From Eledone cirrhosa (taxonomy: Eukaryota), in NCBI GenBank assembly GCA_964016885.1, contig OZ024749.1, forward strand, positions 45,322,001 to 45,386,000: a stretch of DNA of 64,000 nt. Reading direction: 5' to 3'. Within the stretch, counting starts at the first letter, position 1; every line of letters begins with the position of its first letter. This document shows, piece by piece, positions 1-15,174 of the stretch. Under the pieces are notes generated by a model, which was not told where the DNA came from, searched no databases, and saw only the letters and a program-made list of their open reading frames with translations. Position numbers and translations under genes: made by a program.

Positions 1-124
1 CAGGCTGACGTGCTGTATATTCAAATGACGCGAGTGAACCGTAGTTCATCTAAGTGATACACAGCTGAATATATATATATATATATATTTGTGTGAGTTT
101 ATGTGTGTGTTGTGAGTGTGTGTA

Positions 125-163
<39 letters not shown>

Positions 164-307
164 ATTATCGCGTTTAGTGATGGCTGCTCGGCCCCGTTGG
201 ATAACATAACAACCCACCAGCATGCAGATGATTCTAACCACTGAAACACATGAATGACATATATATTTTCAACCTTGGTATTAAGCAATACTCGACCGAC
301 ACGTAGT

Positions 308-370
308 GGTTTTGAACTCAGGAAACAAAGGGACGTAATCGCATATACAGCATTATATTGTCCGACGCTT
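308..370 (-). mobile_element. tRNA-derived SINE family B, 5' fragment
   Basis: Reverse complement resembles the head of SINE B (…GTCGGAC…CTGAGTTCAAA) seen in better copies at 16452 and 29995. Confidence 0.5.
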
Positions 371-597
371 AATAATATGTGTCAGTAGAGAGTTCGTAGT
401 AGATGAAATCGATTTTAGCCCACTACTACTCTCCCTATGAATGGCTTGTACTAATTAATTATAGAGATCAATATTATTCAATATAGAATGACGGAATGTT
501 GAACAGTTTCCAGTTATGTCCCTTGACGTTCATATTTCGAGGATTGTCGCAGTTTCGACTGTGATATATTGCGGTTAAATGGCAGCACGGTTAGTGT

Positions 598-745
598 AGT
601 GAATTCGCAGCATCGTTAGGACGTCGGAGAGGGTAGCTTGTGATTTACTGGGCTCTAAGTTCGAATCCCACTAAGGACAAATTTACTTTTAATAGTTTAG
701 GTTTTGATAAATAAAATACTAATCAAACACAGGAGTTGATTACTA
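598..745 (+). mobile_element. tRNA-derived SINE family B, decayed copy
   Basis: gcagcatcgttagg…ctaagttcgaatccc…tttgataaataaaatact parallels SINE B copies elsewhere. Confidence 0.55.
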
Positions 746-1080
746 TCTCGGCTAAGTGAAAGGAGAAGAAATGAGCTATTACATGTCGGTCCAATTCTCT
801 GTGAGTCTATCATTTCTAGATCAATAAAATCAATTACTAGCAATGTACTGTCATCGATTACCAAATATTAAACATTAAGATTTTTAAATTAGACACAAGC
901 CTACTAATCGAAATATTAATCATAATAAAAAATATTTTCTATTGCTCTTCACACTATTGCCTCTGCTGAGCATGATATGTATTTTATCGATCTTTTATCG
1001 GAATTCTAAATATTTATATATATATATATATAGAGAGAGATGTTTCTATGTATGTTTGTGTTTCCTTTCTCTCGAACGCC

Positions 1081-1200
1081 TCTTCTGATGACTTTTGTTC
1101 GAAACGTAAAGATATGTTCCTACTATATCAAGCGTTAAACTAATATATTTCTTCATTGACCTGTGTCATTTGCTTTGTTGCTCCCTTTTACTTTTTGCAT
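1081..1200 (+). mobile_element. Penelope-like pLTR fragment (family F) with degenerate HHR
   Basis: TCTT-CTGATGA-(stem II eroded)-GAAACG-TA-AAGA, followed by ctatatcaagcgttaaactaatat shared with the 55425 and 56450 copies. Confidence 0.55.
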
Positions 1201-1381
1201 GTATGAAAAACCACAAACCCTCCATCTCAATTCTACTTTTGAAAAGCACAAGAACTGCGAAACCGGTAAAGGAACCAAATAAATACTTTTAAAAAGACTC
1301 CATTTTCGATTTCATCTTTTTTCCTTATACTTTCACTCGTGTAGGACATCTCGTTTTTTTTTCATTTTGTAAATAAAACTC

Positions 1382-1456
<75 letters not shown>

Positions 1457-1926
1457 AGTTTCCCTCAACTAAATTTCACTCACAAGGCATTGATCAATCC
1501 GAAGGAGTTTCGTGATAGAAGACATTTGCCTAATGTAACTTGCAACTTCGAAGTGAAAATGCGTCTATAAACAAAAGTAAAGTGGCATATTTATTTTCCT
1601 AGATATTTTATCACAGGCATAGTGCTGAATTAAGTATGAACAAGACAATAACTATTCGTTATTAGATATGTAGATTTGCTGATTCGTTAGATAATCGGGA
1701 AAAATCGCTTGTGATGTTTGTTTCAGCTTAGGTCAAATTTGAATATTATCCCTCCTGATTCGATAAAATAAATAGGGTTATATTTAATCATCTAACTCCA
1801 CCTCCAAAAATAAGAGACAAATGCGCATATGTATATTTGAAACTAATGTAGCTATAGTTTCATAATTATTATATCAGTAATGAATATTATGTATGTATAT
1901 ATGTATATGTATTTTACACACACACA

Positions 1927-1961
<35 letters not shown>

Positions 1962-2232
1962 ATAATATATGCATATATATATATATGTATATGGAAAAAA
2001 TGAAACGAAATTTCATTTCTCACTCTTAGTACGGCTGATACTTAAATATAAGTATGTATACGTCCATACATATATGTATACAGACGTACAGTAGTATGTA
2101 TATATATACATACATGCACACATATATATATGTACGTATGGATTTACCGAACATTTATTATAATGCTCGGTTTGTTTGTAAACAACCATCCCAATTTACC
2201 ATCGTTGCTCTTTTGTTCAACACTGATAAAGG

Positions 2233-2277
2233 AACGATGTACTAGTTTCAAGTTTATTAGCTATCGTCAGCATCGTC
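2233..2277 (-). ncRNA. Type I hammerhead ribozyme motif (family A, left arm)
   Basis: GACGATG-CTGACGA-TAGCTAATAAACTT-GAAA-CTAG-TA-CATCGTT; 7-bp stem I, one mismatch in stem II, minimal palindromic stem III. Confidence 0.65.
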
Positions 2278-2521
2278 TATCTTCCTGCCAGATGATTGAA
2301 CGTCTGAAAGTATATACTTTCCTTATGCATATTAACGGCTGAGTAGCCTAATTTGCATATCGAGTGAGTTAATCGGCCGGGCGCACCGAAAACGATAATT
2401 TACCGTTTTCGGTGCGCCGGGCCGATTAACTCACTCGATATCCAAATTAGGCTACTCAGTGGTTAATATGCATAAGGAAAGTATATACTTTGAGACGTTC
2501 AATCATCTGGCAGGAGGTATG

Positions 2522-2562
2522 CGGTACTGACGATAGCTAATAAGCTTGAAATTAGTACATCG
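2522..2562 (+). ncRNA. Type I hammerhead ribozyme motif (family A, right arm)
   Basis: CTGACGA-T-AGCT-AATA-AGCT-T-GAAA-TTAG-TA-CATCG; stem I partly mutated. Confidence 0.55.
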
Positions 2563-2744
2563 TTCCTTTATCAGTGTTGAACAAAAGGGCAACGATAGTT
2601 GCTAAACACTGTACGGCGTAATTGGGATGTTTGTTTACAAATAAACCGAGCATTATAATAAATGTTCGGTAAATCCATACGTACATATATGTACGTCTGT
2701 ATACATATATGTATGTACGTATACATACTTATATATGCTCTGCG

Positions 2745-2798
2745 GTGTACTGAGTGCCTTGCTTACTGTGGCTGCCTCCGATTCAACCCGGAATAACG
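2745..2798 (+). mobile_element. 3' tail fragment of family E element
   Basis: tactgagtgccttgcttactgtggctgcctcc matches 16797-16847 and the reverse complement of 21060-21110. Confidence 0.6.
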
Positions 2799-2954
2799 TG
2801 TGTGTGTATGCGTATGTGTGTGTGTGTGTGTGTGTGTGCGCGCTTTTATGTATTTTCGTGTATGTGTAGTTGTATGTGTAGTCTTATTTTATTTTTCCTT
2901 TCCTTCTTCCTTCTCCAGCCTCACTTTCATATAGCTTGCTTTTTTTGTTTTTTT

Positions 2955-3146
2955 AAGATCCAAATTCAATAAACAAACCAGGATTTTTTCATTCTGAGGA
3001 CTGAAAGCAAAACCTTTTGCTTTTAAGAAACCACTGGTAAATGGAATAATTGCCTTATGTTGTTTATTACATAATAATAATTAAGCTCTGTTGCTTACAT
3101 AGAGCACTCTTTTTTCCTGGACTTTTCCGACGGAATTACTTCATTT
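2955..3146 (+). mobile_element. Single-arm copy of HHR family B
   Basis: Closely matches an arm plus tail of the 15848-16162 palindrome; ends in (TA)n. Confidence 0.85.
2987..3046 (+). ncRNA. Type I hammerhead ribozyme (family B)
   Basis: TTTCATT-CTGAGGA-CTGAAAGCAA…TTGCTTTTAA-GAAA-CC-ACT-GG-TA-AATGGAA. Confidence 0.75.
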
Positions 3147-3475
3147 ATATATATATATATATTCTCGTATCTTTGTGTGTGTCTAGATGTATTCTGTGCC
3201 TGCATGCTTGCTTCTTTCCTCATCACTGTAACCTAGCTATGTATCTTGTTTCGTCTCCCCCTCTCTTTCTCCCTCACTCCCTCTCCCCTCTGACTCTCTT
3301 TCTCTGTTTGTATCTCATCATTCTGCCTCATATATTTAATTATTCAATTATTAGTATTATTATCTTCTGTTATTACATTTTTTTTAAAAAGTAGATCCTA
3401 CCCTAAATCTCAGAGAGCAGCTGTCACAACGTAAAAGTTTGTAGAAGAGTTACTCTTCATACTCACACAACATAA

Positions 3476-3495
3476 TCTCTCTCTCACTCTCTCTC

Positions 3496-3567
<72 letters not shown>

Positions 3568-3589
3568 ACACACACACTCTCTCTCTCTC
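3476..3589. repeat. (CT)n microsatellite
   Basis: Direct inspection. Confidence 0.95.
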
Positions 3590-3917
3590 ATTCAGTTCCA
3601 CATACGAACTCTCTTTTTAACATTCACACACATTCAGTCGATCACTGCTATACTTTATTACATGTCTACGCAATACACCCCTCCTTACTCTCATTATGAC
3701 CGCCCCCCCCCCGCCTACTAACACTCATACTAACCCTCTATCTCTCACTACCCTTTCTCATTCTACAATCTAGCTCACTATCTCTCACTCTGTCTCTACT
3801 CTCACCCCCCCTCTCTCTCTCGATGTTTATGTAACTTTCCTCTTTCTTAACCATTCGTCCTACTTAACAATCCAATTATTTTTAGTTTAACTATCTTAGC
3901 CGATATTTGCATACGCA

Positions 3918-4838
<921 letters not shown>

Positions 4839-5245
4839 GCATATGCACATACACACATTAGTGTGTTTGTGCATATGCGTGTGTATGTATGGCTGTGTAC
4901 GTAAGCGCTTTTTCACAGAACCAAAGAAACATCTGCTGTATTAAAACTCATTAGACACTAGATTTCGTCCGCAAGCCTCTTAAAAATGTATTTCTTGTTA
5001 GGGGCTGCCTTGATGGTTGGTCGGTGTGTTAGTCGGTTGATTACAACTCAAACCGCCATCTATATATTACTATACTGATGTTGTCATTGTATTATTGTCT
5101 TCGTGATGACGGCAGAAACCACCACACTATCGACAGTCAGTCGCACAAACTTCCTTCCTTCTTTCAAGGAGTTCAACCCCCAGTCTGTACCCTTCCTCTC
5201 CCCTACTTCTACTCCTCCTCCTCGCCCACTCTCCCTCTCTTTATA

Positions 5246-6170
<925 letters not shown>

Positions 6171-6562
6171 CATACCCATATAACTATATATGCATATATT
6201 TATATATTTATATATTGATGAATATATGTATGCGTATGTATGTATAGGTGTATATGTGTATGTATGTATGTGTGTATGTACACACATACTTTCTTAAGAT
6301 ATCCTGATCCAAAAGGCTTACTAGCCATAATCTGGCCATACTACAGGACGGCAATAATCCTACGGATTAGGGGTGCGGGATGTCTGTGTGAACACCTGGT
6401 GGCGATAAATATACCCGAACTCATTTATGAGTAGAACAGATGAATTAAATTAGACAGATACACGCAAAAAAAGTCATAGCTACACACGTACACATGCATA
6501 TACACACAGAACAACACACTCACACACTCACACACACGCATACAAACACCCACACGCATATG

Positions 6563-6597
<35 letters not shown>

Positions 6598-6959
6598 TTA
6601 TATATCTGTGTGTGTGAAAAATTCATTAATTATGACTGTTATATGTGGATATATATATATATATATATATATTTGTGCGTGTGTGTGTGTTTGTGTCTAT
6701 GTGTGTGTGTGTGTATGTGTTGGTGTGTGCAAGTGTATATATGTTTGTGTGTGACAAATTGTGATGTTTTCATATTGATTTTCCCAATTGTTGATTTCAA
6801 TGTCTTATTTTTTAAATCTCTTATGTAGTTCAACTTTTTTATAATTGAGCTGGGTTTAGTTATTTGAAACGCCCATTGAACCTGCTCCAGCTGAAGTTCA
6901 TCTTTTTATTGAACATCGCTTTTCAATTTCATTTATTTTCTTGTAAAGAATGACTGCTT

Positions 6960-8330
6960 GTGTGTTTTCTTAATTACACATGCTAACATTGATTTTCTCA
7001 CTCTTCCTCTATGGTATTTACTTATGTTGATTTAAATTCAGTGTTATGAGGAGATTGTATCTCTTATTATCAGTATAGACTTACCTACCATTATATTTTA
7101 CGTGAATCACAGTTTAAATGCTTGTCTATCTATGTTGGATCAATACTGCTATTTATTTTGTCATAGTTGTTGATGGTTGGCAGACGATGGGAGTCTTTTC
7201 AGATCTGATAGTTATTCCAAGTTTCACGGGTGAAAGCTGTAAATATTACTTGCAGATATTTTTCTGAGAAATCACTTCTGTGTCTTTATATGTAATTTAA
7301 GGATAATCTACTCATTAATATTTTGATGTATACTTGATACGGGAAAGATTCGATAATCTGTCATCAGTTATGTAAACAAGATCAAATTTTCAGGATAGGT
7401 ATCCTTATTTATTCTATTAAATAATTTTAACATTAAATACTTTTAACATTAAATACTTTTAACATTGTTTCAACCATTGTGTGCCACTGTTTTACTCCTC
7501 ATTTTACTTGATTTTACTCACAGTCAATGTTTATGTGACTGTGGCATGATTGATCGTGTGCATGAGTCTCAGATTGTGAAGAACGTTTTAAGGACAGGAA
7601 TAGTTGAATGGAATATCCCATAGGGTTTCCTTTCAAACCGGTTCAAATGTTTTGATGAGGTCAATGAATGCTAAGTATAAGGGGTGATATGGTACGCGTC
7701 ATCTTTCCAGTAGTTGACACATTGTTAAGGTCAGATTAATTGTTCAACATGATGATATAAATGCACTTTCTTCTAGATTAATGTTTGCGGCTAATGCCTT
7801 GAGCCTGGTGTACAGAATGCACTTAAGTATAATGACTACTGTTACATACAGGTAAATTATGGTGATTGTTTCCACATTCGTATCGACGACGATTCGTTAT
7901 ATAACTGGAAGCAGTTGGTGAGTTTCTAAAGGCCTCTTGTCCATTTTAATTTATGCAGATATTGATAAGAGATTAATGCTGATGGTAATGAATCAGATTA
8001 TCGCAACTTTTGTAAAGCACAGCTGGAAGTCCAGTGAAGTCAGTGGTTGTGTTTTTCGTTGTTTTCATGGCTTTCTTAACTTCTTTAGCCGTTGTTAATT
8101 TATTTAGGGTGTCATCAGTAGCCTGTTTGGGAATGTTGTTAATCACAATTCTGTCAAATCAGACGTTTTTAGTTAAAAATGTCACTCAACTTAACGATAT
8201 CAAAATTGAATTTTTTTTCAGATCCCGACTAGTAAAACGTCTGTTCTTTCTGATCAATCTGAGATTAAGTTGCTTATCAAAGTCCGTATATTTCGAGTTA
8301 CAGATTTCATTATTTTGATTCTTAAAGTTT
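6960..8330 (-). pseudogene. Decayed LINE (RTE-like) reverse transcriptase
   Basis: Minus strand near 7630-7780 translates …MCQLLER*RVPYHPLYLAFIDLIKTFEPV, matching the RT motif RQLxEKxxE…PLYLAFIDLxKAFDxV; many stops; boundaries approximate. Confidence 0.65.
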
Positions 8331-8565
8331 TTCGAATTTAGAATTTATGATGATTTATATTCTCACCAGATGACGTGGATATCATCCAATCAAATACAAG
8401 GAAACATTCGTCCTTAGTATTATTCTGAAATGGATGTAATTATTTGCAAATAGTTAACGGTTGTGTTGGTAAGTAATTAAGATATATACTAGGATGTGCG
8501 CTAGTATCAGAATTCCATGATAAAGTTATTTTTGTATACAAACACACACACACATACGAGCGCGG

Positions 8566-8601
<36 letters not shown>

Positions 8602-9214
8602 GAAAAGAGTCAGGACCCCGACGGCTAGATCCGACACCTAGATCCGAACTGATATATATGTATATATATATATATGAACCTAATAAACCTTTATTTGTCT
8701 GACTCTCTGTTTTGTTCCCGTATAAATTAGCCCTATATATATATATATAAACACACACACACACTTTATTTATTCGCAGTCTACCAATATCTAAAAAATG
8801 GGTTTGTTTTCTTAGGTTCCTTATATTTTATCTTTTGTGTGTTTAGCAGAAAATAGTGTGTAGGCGTAGTCCCCAGATTCACCCTCCCCATTATCATTCC
8901 TCTTCTCCATGCTGATGCCTGACAGGAGAGAAAATCCTGTAAGGCGTCAAAATCTAAACGCGAAAACTGAAACCAAAACGTAGCATGTGTGTGAGTCTGA
9001 GCAAGTGTGTGTGTATGTATATATATATGTGTGTGTGTGTCTGCATACACGTGTATTACTTTCACATCTTTTAGTTTTTATTACACTCCCAAGACAAATA
9101 TATCTAAATGAAAGCTGTAAAATTCCCCACCCTCCAAATAACATTCGCGTATTGGTATAGGTTTTCAGAACAAAAATAGGCGTTCTAAAGTCTCCAGTTA
9201 TTTTCAGAAAAAAA

Positions 9215-9393
9215 TAATTGTTTCTACATTTGGAACAAGGCCAGCAATTATCCCAATGTATTACTGGTACATTATTTTATCGACCCAGTAAGGATAAAGA
9301 TAACCTCGGCGGGATTTGAAATCAGAACGCAAAGGGCCGTAACTTTATTCTGCAAAGCATGGTATCCGACTTTCTACCGTTACTGCCAATCCA
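9215..9393 (-). mobile_element. tRNA-derived SINE family B (short subfamily)
   Basis: Reverse complement matches the 29330-29508 copy. Confidence 0.85.
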
Positions 9394-9557
9394 TGGAAAA
9401 TAACGTTGTTCTTCAGTGTTTTAGAGTTAATTTTCCAACTATGCTTCGTAGGCAAAAAAACTATGAATGATCTTTCATAGGTAGATATTTTCGTCCATGT
9501 GTTTGATCTGATACAACAAATGTATAGATGTATGTAAAGATGAGTATATACGTATCA

Positions 9558-9658
9558 GTTGAGCTCAGCCGTCGGGGTCCTACTCGTTCCTATTACCCTA
9601 AGTATTGAGTACTTTGGTGCGTTATGGTCCACCTGGTTCCTTACCACATTTGCTTCGT
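9558..9658 (+). mobile_element. Family D element 3' fragment (Penelope-like)
   Basis: gagctcagccgtcggggtcc…tattgagtactttggtgcgttatggtccacctggttcc shared with the 13220 and 28497 copies; ends at (TA)n. Confidence 0.65.
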
Positions 9659-9770
9659 TATATATATATATATATATATGTGTGTGTTTACTTGATTTTG
9701 CATGTGTATGGACAAGATTAGCGGATGAAGGTTCTATAGAAATGAAGGTTATACTATTAAATTCATTTAT

Positions 9771-10009
<239 letters not shown>

Positions 10010-10219
10010 ATACTTGTGTGTTTACCTTTCTAAAGATTCTGCCAGTTCACCGCCTTACACAACATCTTTACTTTCTCAATATAAATGAGAGTGACAATAA
10101 AGTAACCTCTTCTGTCGCGTATAATGTTCTCGTTTTGTCAAATATCAATGAACTACTAGAGAAGGTACTATGAAAGAGATTATAGACTTCCGACCTTAAA
10201 TATTTCACTAAAATAATAT

Positions 10220-10421
10220 AATGATGGTTTCTAATTTTGATATTAGGCGAACAAGTTTTAATATGTGTGTGTGGGCGAGTTAGAATCGATCATATCGACC
10301 CCAATGCTCGACTAATACTTTATGTTATCGGCCCATGAAATGCAAAGTAGATCTCGGCGTTGTGATTTGAACATAGAACGTAAGTAAATGTCTTTAAATG
10401 CCGTAAAGCATTTCGTCCAAC
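10220..10421 (-). mobile_element. tRNA-derived SINE family B (long subfamily), decayed
   Basis: atcgatcatatcgacccc…gatttgaac…aagcatttcgtcc. Confidence 0.7.
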
Positions 10422-12202
10422 GGGTTTTTAAGAGCATTTAATTTGATATCTCTCTCCGTGTGCCCATCTATCTGTCTGCTTGTCGGTCTGTCTGTCTCTC
10501 ACTGTGCCTGTCGTTTTGTCTGTCTGTCTGTCTGTATGTATATGTATGCAGGCATTCGTGGGATTTATCTTAAATACGGTCATTAACAAAGCAACAAGAA
10601 TATTTTGTTTAAGCAATAAGAATTCCACGGATATGTGTGGTAGCTATTGTGTGTATATCTGTATGCGTGTATGTGTGTCTTCCATATGCCCACATGCATT
10701 CTCTGTGTGATATACGCTTGTGTATACCAATGCATGTACGTATATATGTCTGTATGTATGCATATATGAATGTGTTGATGTATATATGTATGCGCGTGTA
10801 CATATATATGTATGTAAGTATGCATGTAAAATAATGCATATATGTGTGAATTGTAAGTACGTGATAGAATTAAGTGCAGTCTCAAGAGGGTGTTGTATTA
10901 AAAAAGTTAAATTTTCCTTGTACCAGAGACACCCACCACCAACACCAACAACACCAGAGTAAGGACCACCACGACCACCACCTCGACCACCAGCATGAAC
11001 CACTTAGTGCTGAGAAATAGGATAAAAAAATGTCTCCCATTCAATCGGTTCATAGGTCGACACCCTGTTGACACAACCCACTGCGACTCTTACAAGTAGT
11101 ACGTTAACCACAAACTTACTGTCCTAGTCGCTCAAAAAATATATATCATGACAATCAAATTGACTGGCTCGGTTAAACTGAAATAGAAACAACAACAACA
11201 TTACAACAAAATAAGCAATACAAAAAAAAAAAATCAACATCAACATATAAAGTAACAAAGACAAAAAGAGGTCGAAATCTAAAAAATAAAACAGCAATAA
11301 CTAACTAGCTAAATAAATAAATACAAACATACATAACTAAATAAGGCAGACGGCAATTTAAATTCTTAGTGTTGTATGTGAAAGTGATAGGTGTCCCAAT
11401 CAGGTGTACTTCTGAAGGTGAGTGAGAGAGACATAGAGAGTGAGTTAGTGAGTGAGTGAATAAATAGGGAGAGGGAAGTGAGAGTGAGTGAGTGAGCGAA
11501 AGAGAAACTGTCATGTTATGTATGTGACATAGTTTTTGTCTTATGTTTCTTCATACTGACCCAATTTGGAGAAAAAAAAAAACAATAACAACAACACAGA
11601 CATATACATAGGCATATACATATACGCATTTACACAACTATACAGGCACATACATGTACGCATACAGAGCCATATATATTTACGCACGTAAACATATATA
11701 CAGAGGCACATATCTACACATTCTCACATATACAGACATGGAAACCTAGAGGCATACACACACATACATACAGACACCAGGAAAGAATATTGGAATATAA
11801 AGTTTAACAGAATAAGCTGCTTGAAGGTGTAAGCTGAGATTTAGTATTACACAACAAAAATGCTAAAAGGTACAATACAAATTATAATGTTTCTTAAATT
11901 TTGAGACCTGATTGAATGTTAGTGCTGGAAGATACGTGAAACTTTTACAGCAAAGTGACTGAGAAATTGAAAAGCATTCGTTCATTCTGATTTCAAATCA
12001 CATCCGCCTCCCACCTCATAGTTTAACACCGCCGCCTTTTTGGCCTTTAGCGGACTTCAGTCTATTGAAATTATTCGGGACAGGTGCCCCGTTTGAGGAT
12101 TCCTACTCGCCTTATCCTTAACTTTGATAGAGGCACTTAAGTCTATGGATACTCTCCGTGATTTCTTGCCAGATTCTGTTCTGACTCTGAATCATTTCGA
12201 CA

Positions 12203-12357
12203 TACGAGGGTCGGCAGAAACGTTTCAAATGCTGACAAGAATACTCTTGGAATGACCAAGGGAACAATTCAGTTTATGAGAAAAAGAGTTGAAAATAATG
12301 CATGCAAGATTTCAGTCCTTCATAATCAGCCTCTGAACTTTTCAGATCACCCTCGTA
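12203..12357. mobile_element. Mariner-type MITE
   Basis: TA-flanked imperfect TIRs (TACGAGGG…/…CCCTCGTA); internal similarity to 20820-21021. Confidence 0.7.
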
Positions 12358-12721
12358 TATTTCGTCGACATTTTAGTGAATGTGTTGACATATGTTTGCG
12401 CCCATACATTCAAAATCGTATTCTATCCTTACATCGCACATGAGATTTTTCCAAGATTTAATTAAACCCTCGAGCAATGACCAATAATTATAACGGACCA
12501 CACATGAAATATTGAAGTGGACGTCTACGTATCAGGCACCTCAGCTCTGCTCGAGGCAAGGAGAAAGGAACACTGGCGAACATCATCATTCCATCATGAA
12601 AATAAAAATATAATTGTTTCTATATTAGGCACAAGGCCAGCAATTACCCAGTACATTACTGGTACATGAAAATAAAAATATAATGATCTAGAAACATCGT
12701 TTGTCAACTTATTTATCCCGA

Positions 12722-12819
12722 TGCTCTACGGTTCTTATATATTTGATATATATTTATCCTTATCGAGCCCTCTTTGGATTTTAGTCTTCAAATTTATTAT
12801 TATTACTATTATTATTACT
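12722..12819 (+). mobile_element. Tail fragment of family C element
   Basis: gctctacggttcttatatatttg…aaatttattattattacta, then (TA)n. Confidence 0.85.
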
Positions 12820-12839
12820 ATATATATATATATATATAT

Positions 12840-13187
12840 AAAATAAAGTTAAATAAAAGTCAAAAGATTAAAATTTAGCTTCGTTTATTACTGCTATATA
12901 TATTTCAGTGACAACCATCTTTGGCTGTGACCTCTTCAGGCAGTTTGAATTAGTATGGTATAGACAAGTACATATGTTATTTAGGTGTATGATATTGTCA
13001 ATACTCTGATATGCCCAGTTCCTTGTTGGGTTGTTAATTCACTGGGGAACTGGAGTCATATAATCATTTGACTTTTATTTAACTTTATTTTACACTACTC
13101 CGGTGTAACCAAACCAACCTGCGCACTTCGTCGAGTGCTCCAGCCTGCATACTGAGGTGTTGGTATACAACCAACATAAACTCAAAA

Positions 13188-13190
<3 letters not shown>
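12840..13190. mobile_element. Asymmetric fold-back element family G
   Basis: aaataaagttaaataaaagtcaaa (12841) inverted at about 13067-13090, followed by about 100 bp tail; between (TA)n tracts; contains an HHR. Confidence 0.7.
12890..12944 (-). ncRNA. Type I hammerhead ribozyme (family G)
   Basis: ACTGC-CTGAAGA-GGTCACAGCCA-AAGA-TGGTTGTCACT-GAAA-T-ATAT-A-TA-GCAGT: perfect 5-bp stem I, 11-bp stem II with one mismatch, minimal stem III with palindromic loop. Confidence 0.8.
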
Positions 13191-13219
<29 letters not shown>

Positions 13220-13389
13220 GGGTGTGGTAAAAACCAATTAGACACTAATCCACTAGACTACTCGATACTTGGGGTAGTAGAGTGGGTAATATGAAAAAAT
13301 TTAGGACCCCGAAATCTGAGGTCCAGCCGTTTCGACAGCTAGATCCGAACGGCCGGAGCTCAGCCGTTGGGGTCCCGAATGTTTTCATA
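13220..13389. mobile_element. Asymmetric fold-back, family D
   Basis: atgaaaaaatttaggacccc… inverted with …ggggtcccgaatgttttcat; about 70 bp extra tail on the left; (TA)n both sides. Confidence 0.7.
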
Positions 13390-13399
13390 TATATATATG

Positions 13400-13506
13400 T
13401 ATTAAAAAACAGATTAAAGTTTAAGCAAAGAATCGCTTCTTTCACCCTTAACGCGATCTTATCGACCGCTTTTCGGATTTTAGTCTTCACATCTATTATT
13501 ATTACT
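13400..13506. mobile_element. Family C truncated fold-back
   Basis: Inverted arm start (attaaaaaacagattaaag…) fused at about 13460 to the sense tail (atcga…ttagtcttcacatctattattattac). Confidence 0.75.
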
Positions 13507-13522
13507 CTCTCTCTCCCTCTCT

Positions 13523-13586
<64 letters not shown>

Positions 13587-14019
13587 AAGTATATACCAAC
13601 ACATTTGTGGGTGTTTCTGTGTGTGTCGTACACAAATACACAATTCCCTATCCAGTAAAATCTATGCATATAATCTTGATTTCTGTCCGTCAATATGTTT
13701 ACATATAGGTATGCATCTATATATGCGTACAAAGTTAAATGAATACACATACACACATATTTCTATATATATACATATATATTATACACAAAGTTCACTG
13801 TGTGATTGTATGTGAGTGTATGCGCGTCGAAAAGCAATAGACTTCTAGGACACTACCTAATCGGATACGACTAGTTCTACTCCAAACATAACCAAGATAA
13901 ATTAATCCCAGGAAATGGCAATGAATGGGAAAGGGGAAAAAGTGTGGGTGGAAATAAAACGTATGTGAGATGGAGACGCAATAACAGAAGAAGACTGTGT
14001 ATGTGTGTAACAATTTCTA

Positions 14020-14630
14020 TATTTGGTTTCGGTCAATCTCCATCACTCTCTCACTCTTACTCTCACTCCTTATCACTCTATCCCTCTCTGTTTCGCTCCA
14101 TATTTATCTCTCTCATTCCCGTCCCTCCTATATATCTTCACAGTCAAAATCTCTGCTTTCTCCACAATCTCTCTCTCTTTCTCCTCCACACTCACTTTCT
14201 CTCTCATTCTCTCTTTGTTTTCTCTCTAATTTCTTTCCTCACCTCTTCTCCGCTTCAAACTCTACACCTCTCTCCTGAGCTCTATCTCTTTCCTTCTCTC
14301 ACCATTTCTATCTTTCTTTCTCCACCCCTCTCTCTCACTCTCTCTTCTTGTTTCCTCTGCAATTTCATTTACCATCTCTTTTCCGCTTCAATCTCTGCAC
14401 CTCTCCCGTACTCTATCTCATTTCTTCTCTCCCCATTTATCACATTCTTTCTCCACCCCTCTCTCCTTCACACTCACTCTCTCTTTCTCTCTCACCCTCT
14501 CTTCTTGTTTCCTCTCCAATTTCATTTACCACCTCTTCCCTGCTTCAATCTCTGCAACTCTCTCGTGCTCTATCTATTTCCATCTCTCACCATTTCTCAC
14601 TTTCTTTCTCCACCTCGTTCTCCAACATCT
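14020..14630. repeat. Pyrimidine-rich degenerate minisatellite
   Basis: Recurring units such as tcttgtttcctct..aatttcatttacca.ctctt..cgcttcaatctctgca and tctcaccatttct..ctttctttctccacc. Confidence 0.7.
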
Positions 14631-14913
14631 CTCAAAACAGAAAATGAATTAATAGCGCCAGATTTACAACTAAAAATAGTTACGATTATTAATCTAGTTA
14701 TTTCTATTGATAGGTTGGATGCCTCTTCCGAGCTTTGATCAAACGGAATCATATAACAGTATTCATATATTTCATTATAAAATAGGCATAATTCTTTAAA
14801 AATATATAATTTATTCATGTTATAAAAACATGATGATGATACAGATTGAGAACTGCACCCCCCGCCACACACACACACACGCACACGCACATATACACAC
14901 ACATACACATAAA

Positions 14914-15043
<130 letters not shown>

Positions 15044-15174
15044 AATATAAGTATATAAATATGTATGTGTATATATATATATATGTATATATGTATAAAT
15101 CTGCTTTCAAGAAACCACTGGTAAAGGAAATAATTATCTTATCTTGTTTATTACATAATTATATATATATCTAG

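Larger units (their letters stand above)
1992..2733. mobile_element. Asymmetric fold-back element, family A (Penelope-like pLTR / retrozyme-like)
   Basis: About 340-bp inverted arms meeting at about 2399 (aacgataatt|taccgttttc); left arm has about 55 bp extra tail; flanked by (TA)n; homologous to 36943-37801. Confidence 0.85.

Noticed and set aside
6390-6440. HHR-like motif CTGGTGG…GAACTCATTTATGAGTA
   Set aside because: Core mutated at several positions and stem II unconvincing
13944-14738. 264-aa Leu/Ser/Phe-rich ORF
   Set aside because: Read-through of a pyrimidine-rich repeat
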